From contig OY762007.1 of assembly GCA_963665115.1 (NCBI GenBank), forward strand, positions 6,048,001-6,112,000: a stretch of DNA of 64,000 nucleotides, in the 5' to 3' direction. The translations under genes and the position numbers were made by a program. Within the stretch, counting starts at the first letter, position 1. Each line of letters starts with the position of its first letter. Source of the DNA: an uncultured Rivularia sp. (GTDB lineage Bacteria; Cyanobacteriota; Cyanobacteriia; Cyanobacteriales; Nostocaceae). Shown one piece after another: positions 18,407 to 27,728 of the stretch. The notes below the pieces were generated by a model that was not told the origin of the DNA, did no database searches, and saw nothing but the letters and a program-made list of their open reading frames with translations.

Positions 18407-18708
18407 ATGCCAACTCTAACTAATGAGCCTCATAACGATATCGTTTACTCCTTAATCAAGAAAGCAAAGCATTCCAAAATACCTAGAGATATCAGCTACT
18501 ATAGTCAAGATTTCGACGGTAAAATAATAGAAAAAAACGAATTGATATTTTGCAATATACGATGGATCAAGGTTACTTGAAATGTGAAATGGTAAATGAA
18601 CCTAGCGCTTTTGAAGAAGGGAATGAAGCGCCGTTTGCTGTTTGCAAAAATGCACAAATTACTCGAGAAGAATTAAACCTATTGAGATCTGATTTCTTCA
18701 GGGTATAG
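18407..18708 (+). pseudogene. Small frameshifted hypothetical gene (about 100 aa)
   Basis: MPTLTNEPHNDIVYSLIKK...KIIEK continues in another frame as IDILQYTMDQGYLKCEM...DFFRV*; the shift lies near the A7 run at about 18531; AGGTG RBS. Confidence 0.45.
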
Positions 18709-18714
18709 TCTTGC

Positions 18715-18901
18715 AAGAAGTAAGAAGTAAGAAGTAAGAAGTAAGAAGTAGTACCATTCCCGTTCAAGGTAGAGGATTCAAATAATAAGATAGATAACGC
18801 GGGTTTTTATTCGTCTTTAAAAAACGAGGCTTCGTACATGAACGAGCGGGCAATATTTCTTACTTTTTACTTTTTACTTCTTACTTAAGCCCAGAGGGCT
18901 T
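18715..18901. mobile_element. Element with inverted AAGAAGT heptamer arms and a terminal hairpin (MITE-like)
   Basis: (AAGAAGT)x5 at 18715-18749; reverse-complement-like TACTTYT units at 18857-18886; AAGCCC-AGA-GGGCTT hairpin at 18887-18901. Confidence 0.65.
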
Positions 18902-18922
18902 TGGGTTTAGGAGAAAAAACAT

Positions 18923-20503
18923 TCAACTAAACATCAAATCCAAAAACGATATACTTTTAAATTCCTTTCTTAAAGTATGACTTTCACCTACCTGAGTGGG
19001 TGGGACAAAAGTATATCCGGATGGTATTAAAAAATCATATTCTTGTGCTAATTGCTTTGCTTTTTCTGAAGCTTGATATCCTGGTGGTAATTTCCGTTTG
19101 TGACATTGCCTTAAATGAGGACTAATACTTGCTATTGCTCTAGATATATTATCCGGATTACCAAAGTTTTCATCAAAATCCCTATCATACTTGATACGAG
19201 AAACGTATTGAATACGATGTCTATTAATTGATGATGATTTTCCGAATCCGGTTCCAGAAGTCGGCGATAAAGATGGTTTTCTTAATACTTTTCTCGCAAC
19301 TAAAATATCACGGTATGCGATTGTAGTAAGAAATTTAAGAATTTTAACTTCTGCATCAAAATCGGGATAATTCCCCATTATTTCCACGTTTCGCTGCTTG
19401 GCATTAATTTTACCGACAACAACTAAGCAGTTATTTGGATTATCATCAATATATGCAAGAACTATTTTAATTAAGCATAGCAAACCACTATTATCTTGAG
19501 GATAGAAAATAATTTCTTCTAAACCGTTTTTATTAACGATAATACTGGTGGGTTGATGTATTGAAAATTCTCTGTTAACTACAGCTTCTGCCAACACCTT
19601 TGGGCAATTATCAAATGCTGTTTGACTAGGTATATTGCATAAGCTGGATACAGTAATTGTATATAATTTATGGTTGAGTTCATCACTATCATCAATAATT
19701 TTATCCCACCTATCACCATTAAGCAAATAGGCATATGCGGGTATGTTTCGCACCAAACTAGTTAACAAAACAAGTTGACTATTCGTATTAACTTTGAATT
19801 CTTGCCATATTAGATTATCTTCAATTAGTGCAATTGGAAGTTCTAATTTTTTAGTTTCTATAAAATGATTTTTAACTAAGTGCATCGTATCGCATACAAT
19901 AGAAGCGGGAGCTTCATATTCTATGTATGTTTGAATTAATGAAGATAGTTTATCTAATTTATTGATAGGAATATTAGCTTCATGAGTTAATTTTAATTTT
20001 ATCTCTTTTTTCAACTTATTTAATCTGTTTCTATATAACCATTTTGTAGCCTGAATGTAGCTGATTGAATGAGTTTGTGAATATACCATCCAATCATTCA
20101 TCAACTTACACCATTTCTGTACTTCAATTTTGCTCATAAGCCGATACCTATGTAAATTTGCTCCTGATTGAATATATAAATTAAGTTCTTTTTGTTGACG
20201 AAGGATGTCTAACCATTTTTGGACAAAATCACGATTTTCTTTTTTACTTACGTTAAATATTAAATCAAAGAAAAATAAATCAGTATTTTTATCTTTCAAT
20301 TTATGATATGAGTCTAGTAAAAATAAAGCCCAACATATCATTCCATAGGGTGTATCCTCTATGCCAAAGCTAACTTTCCCATAAGGACTTTTCCATTTAT
20401 TAATTAGTTCAAGAAATTCTTTCTTCTTAATTTCTGTGTATGCTAAGACAGCTAGTTCCTTATTTTCATTTGAAATTATTCTTGGAACTATCTTGATTTT
20501 CAT
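18923..20503 (-). CDS. Hypothetical protein with a C-terminal PHLRxxHxR...FVPP motif
   Basis: 526-aa ORF with a GGAGG RBS; no function recognised. Confidence 0.7.
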   Translation of the reverse strand: MKIKIVPRIISNENKELAVLAYTEIKKKEFLELINKWKSPYGKVSFGIEDTPYGMICWALFLLDSYHKLKDKNTDLFFFDLIFNVSKKENRDFVQKWLDILRQQKELNLYIQSGANLHRYRLMSKIEVQKWCKLMNDWMVYSQTHSISYIQATKWLYRNRLNKLKKEIKLKLTHEANIPINKLDKLSSLIQTYIEYEAPASIVCDTMHLVKNHFIETKKLELPIALIEDNLIWQEFKVNTNSQLVLLTSLVRNIPAYAYLLNGDRWDKIIDDSDELNHKLYTITVSSLCNIPSQTAFDNCPKVLAEAVVNREFSIHQPTSIIVNKNGLEEIIFYPQDNSGLLCLIKIVLAYIDDNPNNCLVVVGKINAKQRNVEIMGNYPDFDAEVKILKFLTTIAYRDILVARKVLRKPSLSPTSGTGFGKSSSINRHRIQYVSRIKYDRDFDENFGNPDNISRAIASISPHLRQCHKRKLPPGYQASEKAKQLAQEYDFLIPSGYTFVPPTQVGESHTLRKEFKSISFLDLMFS

Positions 20504-20870
20504 CGCTATCTATTTTCCTCCAAGTTTATAAACACCCTGCTTGCCAGTGTATTTATTTGGCAATAGTTATAGAAGATTGTTTTGTAAGAATAAAACTTAT
20601 ATATTACATAAGCTTTGACAAAGATTCAATTTAAACAGCTATATTTATTTATACTTTTGTAAAGAAGAATTAAAAGTATTTGATAACAATTCCTGTTATG
20701 ATTTTTTAGGTAGAAGTGAAAAATTTGAAAAGCAACGTAGGTTATAAATATAGTCTACTACCTACCTTTGGTACCAGTATCGACTCGTTAAGATATCAGT
20801 AATTGTGATATTTGGTACATCGACAGCTTTTAAAAATATCATCGATTAACTTAGATAATGTTCATTAGCT

Positions 20871-23015
20871 ATGCAGCATTTAGTTACTATCGCTCGCCAA
20901 ATGCATTTTGGCAACAAATCCGATATATTCGGGGTTTTTAAGAGAAATCGCAATCGAATTTTACCATTTACACTCAGCCTGTTGTTTGCATTGATTTTAG
21001 GATGCCAAACTCTAGGAACTCAGGTAAAAACTACTGAAATATTGTGGGATACCTACGGGATACCGCATATTTATGGTCAAGATGTAAAGAGTGCGTTCCG
21101 TGCTTTTGGATGGGCACAAATGCAAAGCCACGGTAATTTACTTTTACGTCTCTACGGACAAGCAAGAGGACGTGCAGCCGAATACTGGGGAGAGGACTAT
21201 ATAGATTCAGACCGATGGGTATTGACAATGGGAGTACCCGAACGCGCTCGCGTTTGGTATGAAGCACAAGATGCATCTTTCCGTAGTTATTTAGATGCTT
21301 TTGCAAATGGTATCAATACTTACGTTAAATCAAATCCAGATGCAATTGATGATGAGGTTGAAATTGTTCTGCCAGTTAGAGGAGAAGATATACTCGCTCA
21401 TCTACAAAGAGTACTCAACTTTACATTTGTAGTCAGTCCAGAACAAGTTGCGGGTATGAGTAACGATGAATCAAAAGCTGGTTCTAATGGGTGGGCGATC
21501 GCACCTTCTCGTTCGGCATCTGGAAATGCTATGCTGCTGGCAAATCCTCACCTTCTTTGGTCGGATTTATTTTTATGGTACGAAGCTCAAATTACTGCAC
21601 CGGGAATCGACGCTTATGGAGCATCGCTTGTGGGGATTCCTGTTTTAAATATTGCTTTCAACGATAATTTGGGTTGGACTCATACCGTTAACACTCATGA
21701 TGGGTGGGATGCGTATCAACTAGAGTTAGCTGGTGATGGCTATCGTTTTGATGGTAAAGTTCGTCCCTTTGAAACGAGAACTGTTTCCTTGAAAGTAAAA
21801 CAAAACGATGGGACACTAAGCGAAAAACCATTGGTAGTCAAAAGCTCTGTTCACGGACCTGTTGTGTCAGAGAAAGATGGTAAAGCTACTGCACTGCGTG
21901 TTGTCGGTCTAGACCAACCAGGAGTATTGTCACAGTGGTGGGATATGGCGCGATCGCAAAATTTGGCAGAGTTTGAAAAAGCCCTCAAACGTTTGCAGCT
22001 ACCTATGTTTACGGTGATGTATGCTGACCGAGAAGGGCATATTATGCACTTATTTAACGGACAAGTTCCAGTACGCGAACAAGGGGATTGGAAATATTGG
22101 CGAGGTCAAATTCCTGGGAACACATCAAAAACTCTATGGACGAAAACTCATCCTTATGAGGATTTACCTCGGATTATTGACCCGGATAGTGGTTGGTTAC
22201 AAAATGCCAATGACCCACCTTGGACAACAACTTTTCCAGCCGCTATAAAAGCAGATAAATATCCGTCTTATATGGCACCAAATTTTATGGATTTCCGAGC
22301 GCAAAGTTCTGCTTCAATGTTAGCTGAAGATGAAAAAATAACCTTTGATGAAATGGTTAAGTACAAGCATTCAACAGACATGGAGTTTGCACAACGGATT
22401 CTAGATGATTTAATTCCAGCGGCGCGAGAGTATGGTGGTGAATTAGCTCAACTTGCAGCCACTGTCTTAGAAAAGTGGGATAGACAAGCGAATGCAGATA
22501 GTCGGGGAGCGGTATTGTTTGCTTACTGGGCACAAGAACTAGATTTTGATGAAGCCTTTAGTAAACCCTGGACGAAAGACTCACCATTGACTACACCCGA
22601 TGGATTAGCTAATTCTAAGAGTGCAGTCGCATTATTGGAAGCAGCAGCAACAAAGGTAGAAAAAGTTTATGGAAAATTAGATGTTGCTTGGGGAGAAGTT
22701 TTCCGGTTGAAACATAGGAATGTGAATTTACCAGGTAATGGGGGCGATGGAGACTTAGGAATTTTCCGAGTTGTCAACTTTGCTCCCTCAGAAAATGGTC
22801 GATTTCAACCCGTCGCTGGCGATTCTTATGTTGCTGCGATTGAGTTTTCTAAACCTGCCAAGGCAATGGCGCTTATGAGTTATGGTAATTCATCTCAACC
22901 AGGCTCGCGTCATTCTGTTGACCAGTTACAACTTTTTGCTCAAAAAAAGTTACGTCCGGTATGGCGTACTAAAAAGGATATTGAGGCTAATTTAGAATCT
23001 CGTAAAGTATTTTAA
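20871..23015 (+). CDS. Penicillin-acylase-family Ntn hydrolase (PvdQ-like acylase)
   Basis: WDTYGIPHIYG, autocleavage site GSNGWAIAP, LLANPHL, QNANDPPW; N-terminal hydrophobic export signal; start codon uncertain. Confidence 0.92.
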   Translation: MQHLVTIARQMHFGNKSDIFGVFKRNRNRILPFTLSLLFALILGCQTLGTQVKTTEILWDTYGIPHIYGQDVKSAFRAFGWAQMQSHGNLLLRLYGQARGRAAEYWGEDYIDSDRWVLTMGVPERARVWYEAQDASFRSYLDAFANGINTYVKSNPDAIDDEVEIVLPVRGEDILAHLQRVLNFTFVVSPEQVAGMSNDESKAGSNGWAIAPSRSASGNAMLLANPHLLWSDLFLWYEAQITAPGIDAYGASLVGIPVLNIAFNDNLGWTHTVNTHDGWDAYQLELAGDGYRFDGKVRPFETRTVSLKVKQNDGTLSEKPLVVKSSVHGPVVSEKDGKATALRVVGLDQPGVLSQWWDMARSQNLAEFEKALKRLQLPMFTVMYADREGHIMHLFNGQVPVREQGDWKYWRGQIPGNTSKTLWTKTHPYEDLPRIIDPDSGWLQNANDPPWTTTFPAAIKADKYPSYMAPNFMDFRAQSSASMLAEDEKITFDEMVKYKHSTDMEFAQRILDDLIPAAREYGGELAQLAATVLEKWDRQANADSRGAVLFAYWAQELDFDEAFSKPWTKDSPLTTPDGLANSKSAVALLEAAATKVEKVYGKLDVAWGEVFRLKHRNVNLPGNGGDGDLGIFRVVNFAPSENGRFQPVAGDSYVAAIEFSKPAKAMALMSYGNSSQPGSRHSVDQLQLFAQKKLRPVWRTKKDIEANLESRKVF

Positions 23016-23094
23016 GAGTTTAATGTAGAGGCAGGCTTTGAAATCTATGTTCAGCCTGCCCCTGTATTTAAGAGTATCTCGGACGCACGGGGAT

Positions 23095-23751
23095 ATGGTG
23101 AAGATTTTATCAGGGATGTTTTTTGGATTTATATTGATTTGCTTTTCATCCGTTGCTGTAGCATCAGAGAAATTGCAAACGGAAATAACACAAGAAGATT
23201 TACGAATAATAGACAAGCTAGTACAAATTGCCCAAAAGAACTCTCATGAGGTGAGAAAGGCGAAACATGAAATGGGATTGGATGCTTTTACTGATACTAT
23301 CAGTATAGAATTATCACCATCTCAAAGTAGAACAAGTTACAGAACACCAGATTTTTCATCTGAAGAGGAACGAAGTTTTTCTATTAGTTTGAGCATAGAA
23401 CCGATTAAAATCTTTACTGCTATAGATAAAATGCCTGTTATGAAGGCTCGTTTGCGAGAAACTAAACGGCAAACTCGTTTGAAAGTAATGAAACAATATT
23501 TTGCTTACTTACAAGCACGTCAAGCCAGCAAAATCGCCGCTTATCAGATGCAAAAATTTCAGGAGCGCGAACGCATTGCCAGTAATGTTTCTTTAGGAAG
23601 TTCTCAGCAGTTAGATAATGCTGACTATGTTGCAGTAGCTACGGATATGTTAAATAAAAATATGCAAGAAAAACTCGCTTTAGAAGAATTGGCTGAAGTG
23701 GTTGGTTTATCTGCTCAAAAGATAGAAAATATTCTTAATAACCAAGATTAA
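23095..23751 (+). CDS. Exported helical protein, possibly a short TolC/OEP-like protein
   Basis: Signal-peptide-like N-terminus and a coiled-coil V.KQYFAYLQA pattern reminiscent of OEP repeats. Confidence 0.45.
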   Translation: MVKILSGMFFGFILICFSSVAVASEKLQTEITQEDLRIIDKLVQIAQKNSHEVRKAKHEMGLDAFTDTISIELSPSQSRTSYRTPDFSSEEERSFSISLSIEPIKIFTAIDKMPVMKARLRETKRQTRLKVMKQYFAYLQARQASKIAAYQMQKFQERERIASNVSLGSSQQLDNADYVAVATDMLNKNMQEKLALEELAEVVGLSAQKIENILNNQD

Positions 23752-23863
23752 ATGGGGCGTTTACGAATAAAAATATAGCTAAATATTACAAAGCTATAAA
23801 AGGCATTTCAGGTTTCACCTTTATTAGGTCTTTACTTAATGTAGTCAACTTGCGCTTAGCTAA

Positions 23864-24628
23864 TTATGCATAAGTTATTGTCTTCAAGTATTTAGCTAAA
23901 TTTTCAAGTAAAAGTGATTGGGCTGAGTGTATAAAAAAGTGGTCTCCAGAAAATAATTGCAATTGGAACGAATTTTGTGTTTGCTCGCGCCACCCTCCTA
24001 GTTCTTGTAAAGTTACTTCTTGGTCTTCTAATCCACCAAAAGCAGTGATTGGAAATTCAAATGATGGCTTTTGAGTGTAAACGTAGGTTTCTAAAACTGC
24101 AAAATCAGCCCTTAGAATAGGGGCAAGTATTTGCATCAATTCGGTATTTTCCAACACTGAAGCAGGTGTACCGTTTAGACGGCGAAGCTCTTGAAAGAAC
24201 TCAGCTTCTGGGAGTGCGTGGATAGGTGGTTTTGGTGACGGAATTTGAGGAGCGCGACTAGCAGAAACAAATAGTCGGATTGGCTTTTTAGCATATTCTT
24301 TACGAAGATGGCGAGCAAGTTCAAAACTGACTAATCCACCCATACTATGACCGAAAAAAGCGAATGGTTTATCTAAATATGGGAGGAAAATCGGAGCAAT
24401 CGCGTTAACTAAAGCTTCCATTCGCGTAAATGGAGATGATTTCATCTGTATTCCCCGTCCTGGAAGTTCTACAGGACAAATTTCGATATTTTTAGGTAAA
24501 CTCTCAGCCCATGTACGAAAAACTAAAGAGCTACCACCTGCATAGGGAAAACAAAATAACCTCAAGGAGGCTTGAGGTGATGGTTTTGGACAGGTAATAT
24601 AGGAATTGAACTGACGTATGGTTTTCAT
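23864..24628 (-). CDS. Type II thioesterase
   Basis: LFCFPYAGG, GHSMG, LRADF and GDHFF motifs. Confidence 0.95.
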   Translation of the reverse strand: MKTIRQFNSYITCPKPSPQASLRLFCFPYAGGSSLVFRTWAESLPKNIEICPVELPGRGIQMKSSPFTRMEALVNAIAPIFLPYLDKPFAFFGHSMGGLVSFELARHLRKEYAKKPIRLFVSASRAPQIPSPKPPIHALPEAEFFQELRRLNGTPASVLENTELMQILAPILRADFAVLETYVYTQKPSFEFPITAFGGLEDQEVTLQELGGWREQTQNSFQLQLFSGDHFFIHSAQSLLLENLAKYLKTITYA

Positions 24629-24720
24629 CCTTTCTAAGTACTAATGGGAGCAATCGTTACAGACCGGCGGGGTTTGCTGTTCGCTTCACTAAGGTTAGCT
24701 GTAAAAGTCTTTTGGTGAGG

Positions 24721-24809
24721 ATAGGGAACAGGGAACAGGGAACAGGTCTGCATGTGAAAATTATAAAATTGGTCGAGGCTCAAAACCCTCGTCACTCCCT
24801 ACTCCCTAT
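24721..24809. repeat. Short element with inverted heptamer arms (AGGGAAC x3 / ACTCCCT x2)
   Basis: ATAGGGAACAGGGAACAGGGAACAGG ... CACTCCCTACTCCCTAT. Confidence 0.55.
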
Positions 24810-24858
24810 ATTTCTCAAAATTGAGGATTGTGACTATTCGTAAAAAAATACGGAAAAT

Positions 24859-25083
24859 TTAACTGCTAGATGCTGTTTCCTCCATTTTTTTTCGGAGACT
24901 TAGCGGTCTCATGTCAGTCCAGACTTCTTTTATGTAATCTAAACATTCTTGTTTGAGTCCATTTTTTCCAGCATCTTTCCAACCAAGCGGATTATCACGC
25001 TCCGATGGCCAAATGGAATACTGTTCTTCATGATTAAATACAACTTTGTAAATTGTTGTGTCTTCTTTATCATCTTGATACAT
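24859..25083 (-). CDS. mbtH: MbtH-like NRPS accessory protein
   Basis: [10 protein letters not shown]...P.GW...CLDYI...WTDMRPLSL signature. Confidence 0.96.
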   Translation of the reverse strand: MYQDDKEDTTIYKVVFNHEEQYSIWPSERDNPLGWKDAGKNGLKQECLDYIKEVWTDMRPLSLRKKMEETASSS

Positions 25084-25133
25084 AATTAACCTCTTGATAT
25101 TTAACTAGTACGTGAAGGTAGAAAGAAGTAAAA

Positions 25134-25460
25134 TTACTGTTCGACTGGCTCTAAATGTCCTTGACCGTTCAAAGTCACTAAGTCAATATCTGCAATACAT
25201 CTGACTTTTTCATAGTCTAGTGTCAAATTACCAACTAAGTGAACTTTTCCCGTTTGATTATCGAAGTCAGCTTCATTTAATACAGATGCTTCCAGGTCGA
25301 GCCTTACACCTAAATCGGTACCTCCTTGTGTATTTGTAAATTTGATATGTACATACCCTCTGTCAATGCTTTCTTTAAGTGTTGTAGCTGTTTTTTCAGG
25401 TCGCAAACTTGCTTCAATTGGATGTTCCCCTTCTGACAATCTTTGTACTAATTCGTTCAT
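25134..25460 (-). CDS. Small protein associated with MbtH in NRPS clusters, function unknown
   Basis: ATG at 25460 with a GGAG RBS; GYVHIKFT.T.GGT.LG...G.LTLDY..VRC.ADIDL..L.G.G.L pattern recalled from NRPS loci. Confidence 0.7.
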   Translation of the reverse strand: MNELVQRLSEGEHPIEASLRPEKTATTLKESIDRGYVHIKFTNTQGGTDLGVRLDLEASVLNEADFDNQTGKVHLVGNLTLDYEKVRCIADIDLVTLNGQGHLEPVEQ

Positions 25461-25482
25461 GGAAATGTCTCCTAATTCAGAA

Positions 25483-25812
25483 TTATTTTTCGGAAGAACT
25501 TTCAGATGCTTGTACTTGTACTGCTTCATAAACAGGAATCTCGAATTCAAGAGTTTTCTGACAAAACTCTTTCCATTCAGGTGTTACATTATCAAAGATA
25601 ATATTCTCGTCTTTGTAGATTCCATCTGTAACTACGTAGTTTTCTTGTAAATATAAAAAATCATCATCCGTTAACACTCTTTTAACTTCTACCTCATTAC
25701 CATCTATCTCTTGTCTTTCTTTTCTTGCATTTTCTAAATTCTCTGTCCATTGCTCAAATTGACGTAGTTTTTTGATTGAATATGCTTTGCAGTATTTTCC
25801 CATTGTTGCCAT
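25483..25812 (-). CDS. Conserved NRPS-cluster hypothetical protein
   Basis: ATG at 25812 with a GAGGTG RBS; MGKYCKAY...LRQF..W...YLQENYVVTDGI..DE.IIFD.VTPEW..FC pattern. Confidence 0.7.
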   Translation of the reverse strand: MATMGKYCKAYSIKKLRQFEQWTENLENARKERQEIDGNEVEVKRVLTDDDFLYLQENYVVTDGIYKDENIIFDNVTPEWKEFCQKTLEFEIPVYEAVQVQASESSSEK

Positions 25813-26291
25813 TTCATCACCTCTATAAGTTATAAAAAACAATCATTATTTTCAACTTAGAACACAGTTTAAAAAAGTTACGAAGCTATTTTTTAATATA
25901 ACTCATAATCTGTATTATTAAGATTGTAGTTTCATGCAATTATTAAATAGTAAAAATGATAATCTAAATTAAATATTTTAGGCATAAACATAATACAATA
26001 AAAATATAGTCCATAATATATTCTTCCTTATAAGAATATTAATAAATAATTTTATATGTGATTTTAAAATTATCTTTATTAACTTTATAAATTTAATAAT
26101 AAATGACAATATACAAGAATAATATTATCGATTTGCATGATGTTCATACTATAAAAATAACAAAACTAAATTTATTAGTTCAACTGAGCCGACAAGCGAT
26201 GGTTGTCATTGATTTTAATGTTGACACAGACTCTGTTTATACTGTTAGTAGAGTCAGATATATTGGTAATAAGATGTTATTAAGAAGAAAA

Positions 26292-27632
26292 TTATTCGCT
26301 ACTACTAAGCTGTGAATATGCAACATCATGATCGGGTACAATTCTCTCCAAATTCCGCAACAGAGGAACATAAAACCCAATTAATCCTACCAGAAACATA
26401 CACACCGCACACATTACATACAACAGCGCTATCCCCGCCCCAGCACCAGTACCAAATATTTCTCCAAAAATACCTACTAGATAACCACCTTCAGTTAATG
26501 CCGGTGTGAAAACCCTATCTGCCAAAGGTCCAGCTATTAAATAAGCAAATGCTGAAGCAAATTGTAAAGCTAATGAATTCATTGCAAAAACCCTTCCCTG
26601 TATATTGGGAGCAACTTTTGCTAACCAAATTGCTTTATCTGAACTACCATTCAAAGGAAAATTAAAAGAAGAACAAAACTGCGAGGGAATCCAGATCCAA
26701 GCTGTTCGACCTAGACCAAAAACGATTTTACTTAAACCCGCACCAATCATTCCTAATAAAATACCTTTAATTTTACGTTTAAAGCCGCCCCAGGTACTAA
26801 TAATGATTGCACCTGTTACGCCACCAAAACCTGCCGCAGAGGCTAAACTACCCAATACCAAAGTATCATTTCCTGTTCGTGATAAAATCATTGGTGCATA
26901 TAGGGAATTCCCAATATCATGAGCAAACCAGAATAAAAAAGTAAATACTAACAGAGCTAACAAGCTTTTGCGAGCGAGAATATAGCGCAAACCAAATTTC
27001 AAATCCTGCCAAATAGGGCTTGGATTCTCATGCTCATTAGTTTGTGTTGGTTTCGGGATGCGTACAAACAATAAACTACTTATAGCGATCGCAAAAGTGG
27101 AAATATCAATCATCCAAATCCCTAATAACCCAATTACTTTATAAAAATACCCAGCTAAAGCAGGTGCGATAATATCACTTCCATAACTTAATAAAAATTC
27201 TAGACTACTGGCACGAGTATAGTGTTGTTTTGGCACTAACAACGATACTGATGCTGAGTATGCTAAAAACTGAAGTTGAGTAAAAACGCTGACAATGGCG
27301 CTAGTTAAGTAAAGATGCCAAATTTGGAGATAATTAGTTAGATACAGGAACATGATAATTAATGTTGCTATTAACGCAACCGTATCACCCACCATAAAAA
27401 GTAATTTCCGATTAAAACGGTCTACAATTGCTCCGCTTAGAGGAGCGATCGCCATGCTTGCCAGTGTACTAAAAAAACCTATTAGGGTAAGGGTTGTTGC
27501 CTTACCTGTAAATTCCCAGGCCCAAATTGCGATGGCAAAACGGCTCATATTGCTACCGATGCTAGAAACTAGCTGTCCTGCCCATAGAATAAAGAAGTTA
27601 CGCATACTGGTGGGATTATTTTGATTATTCAT
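26292..27632 (-). CDS. MFS exporter (EntS/macrolide-efflux-like)
   Basis: About 12 hydrophobic segments; GAIVDRFNRK motif A; QGRVFA. Confidence 0.92.
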   Translation of the reverse strand: MNNQNNPTSMRNFFILWAGQLVSSIGSNMSRFAIAIWAWEFTGKATTLTLIGFFSTLASMAIAPLSGAIVDRFNRKLLFMVGDTVALIATLIIMFLYLTNYLQIWHLYLTSAIVSVFTQLQFLAYSASVSLLVPKQHYTRASSLEFLLSYGSDIIAPALAGYFYKVIGLLGIWMIDISTFAIAISSLLFVRIPKPTQTNEHENPSPIWQDLKFGLRYILARKSLLALLVFTFLFWFAHDIGNSLYAPMILSRTGNDTLVLGSLASAAGFGGVTGAIIISTWGGFKRKIKGILLGMIGAGLSKIVFGLGRTAWIWIPSQFCSSFNFPLNGSSDKAIWLAKVAPNIQGRVFAMNSLALQFASAFAYLIAGPLADRVFTPALTEGGYLVGIFGEIFGTGAGAGIALLYVMCAVCMFLVGLIGFYVPLLRNLERIVPDHDVAYSQLSSSE

Positions 27633-27728
27633 TCAGTTAGGTTCTTTCATTTTTTACAGAGACATTCTGACTGCTTCTTAATTGCAAAATTCGCATAAGT
27701 TCTGTTCCAATACCTTTTATAAAGAAGG

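Noticed and set aside
18573..18767. 64-aa minus-strand ORF
   Set aside because: Derived from the AAGAAGT repeat (TSYFLLLTSYFL) and antisense to a more plausible frameshifted gene
20682..20700. Possible Fur box upstream of the acylase (similar weak matches near 25841-25856 and 25955-25972)
   Set aside because: Only about 11/19 matches to GATAATGATAATCATTATC in very AT-rich DNA; not distinguishable from chance by eye
1..20800. Prophage interpretation of the left half
   Set aside because: No capsid, terminase, tail or integrase genes in the window; ParM and MobD-like genes favour a plasmid-type element, though the rest of the replicon is unseen
26103..26315. 70-aa plus-strand ORF
   Set aside because: AT-rich intergenic DNA, opposite to cluster orientation, overlaps the MFS stop, no motif
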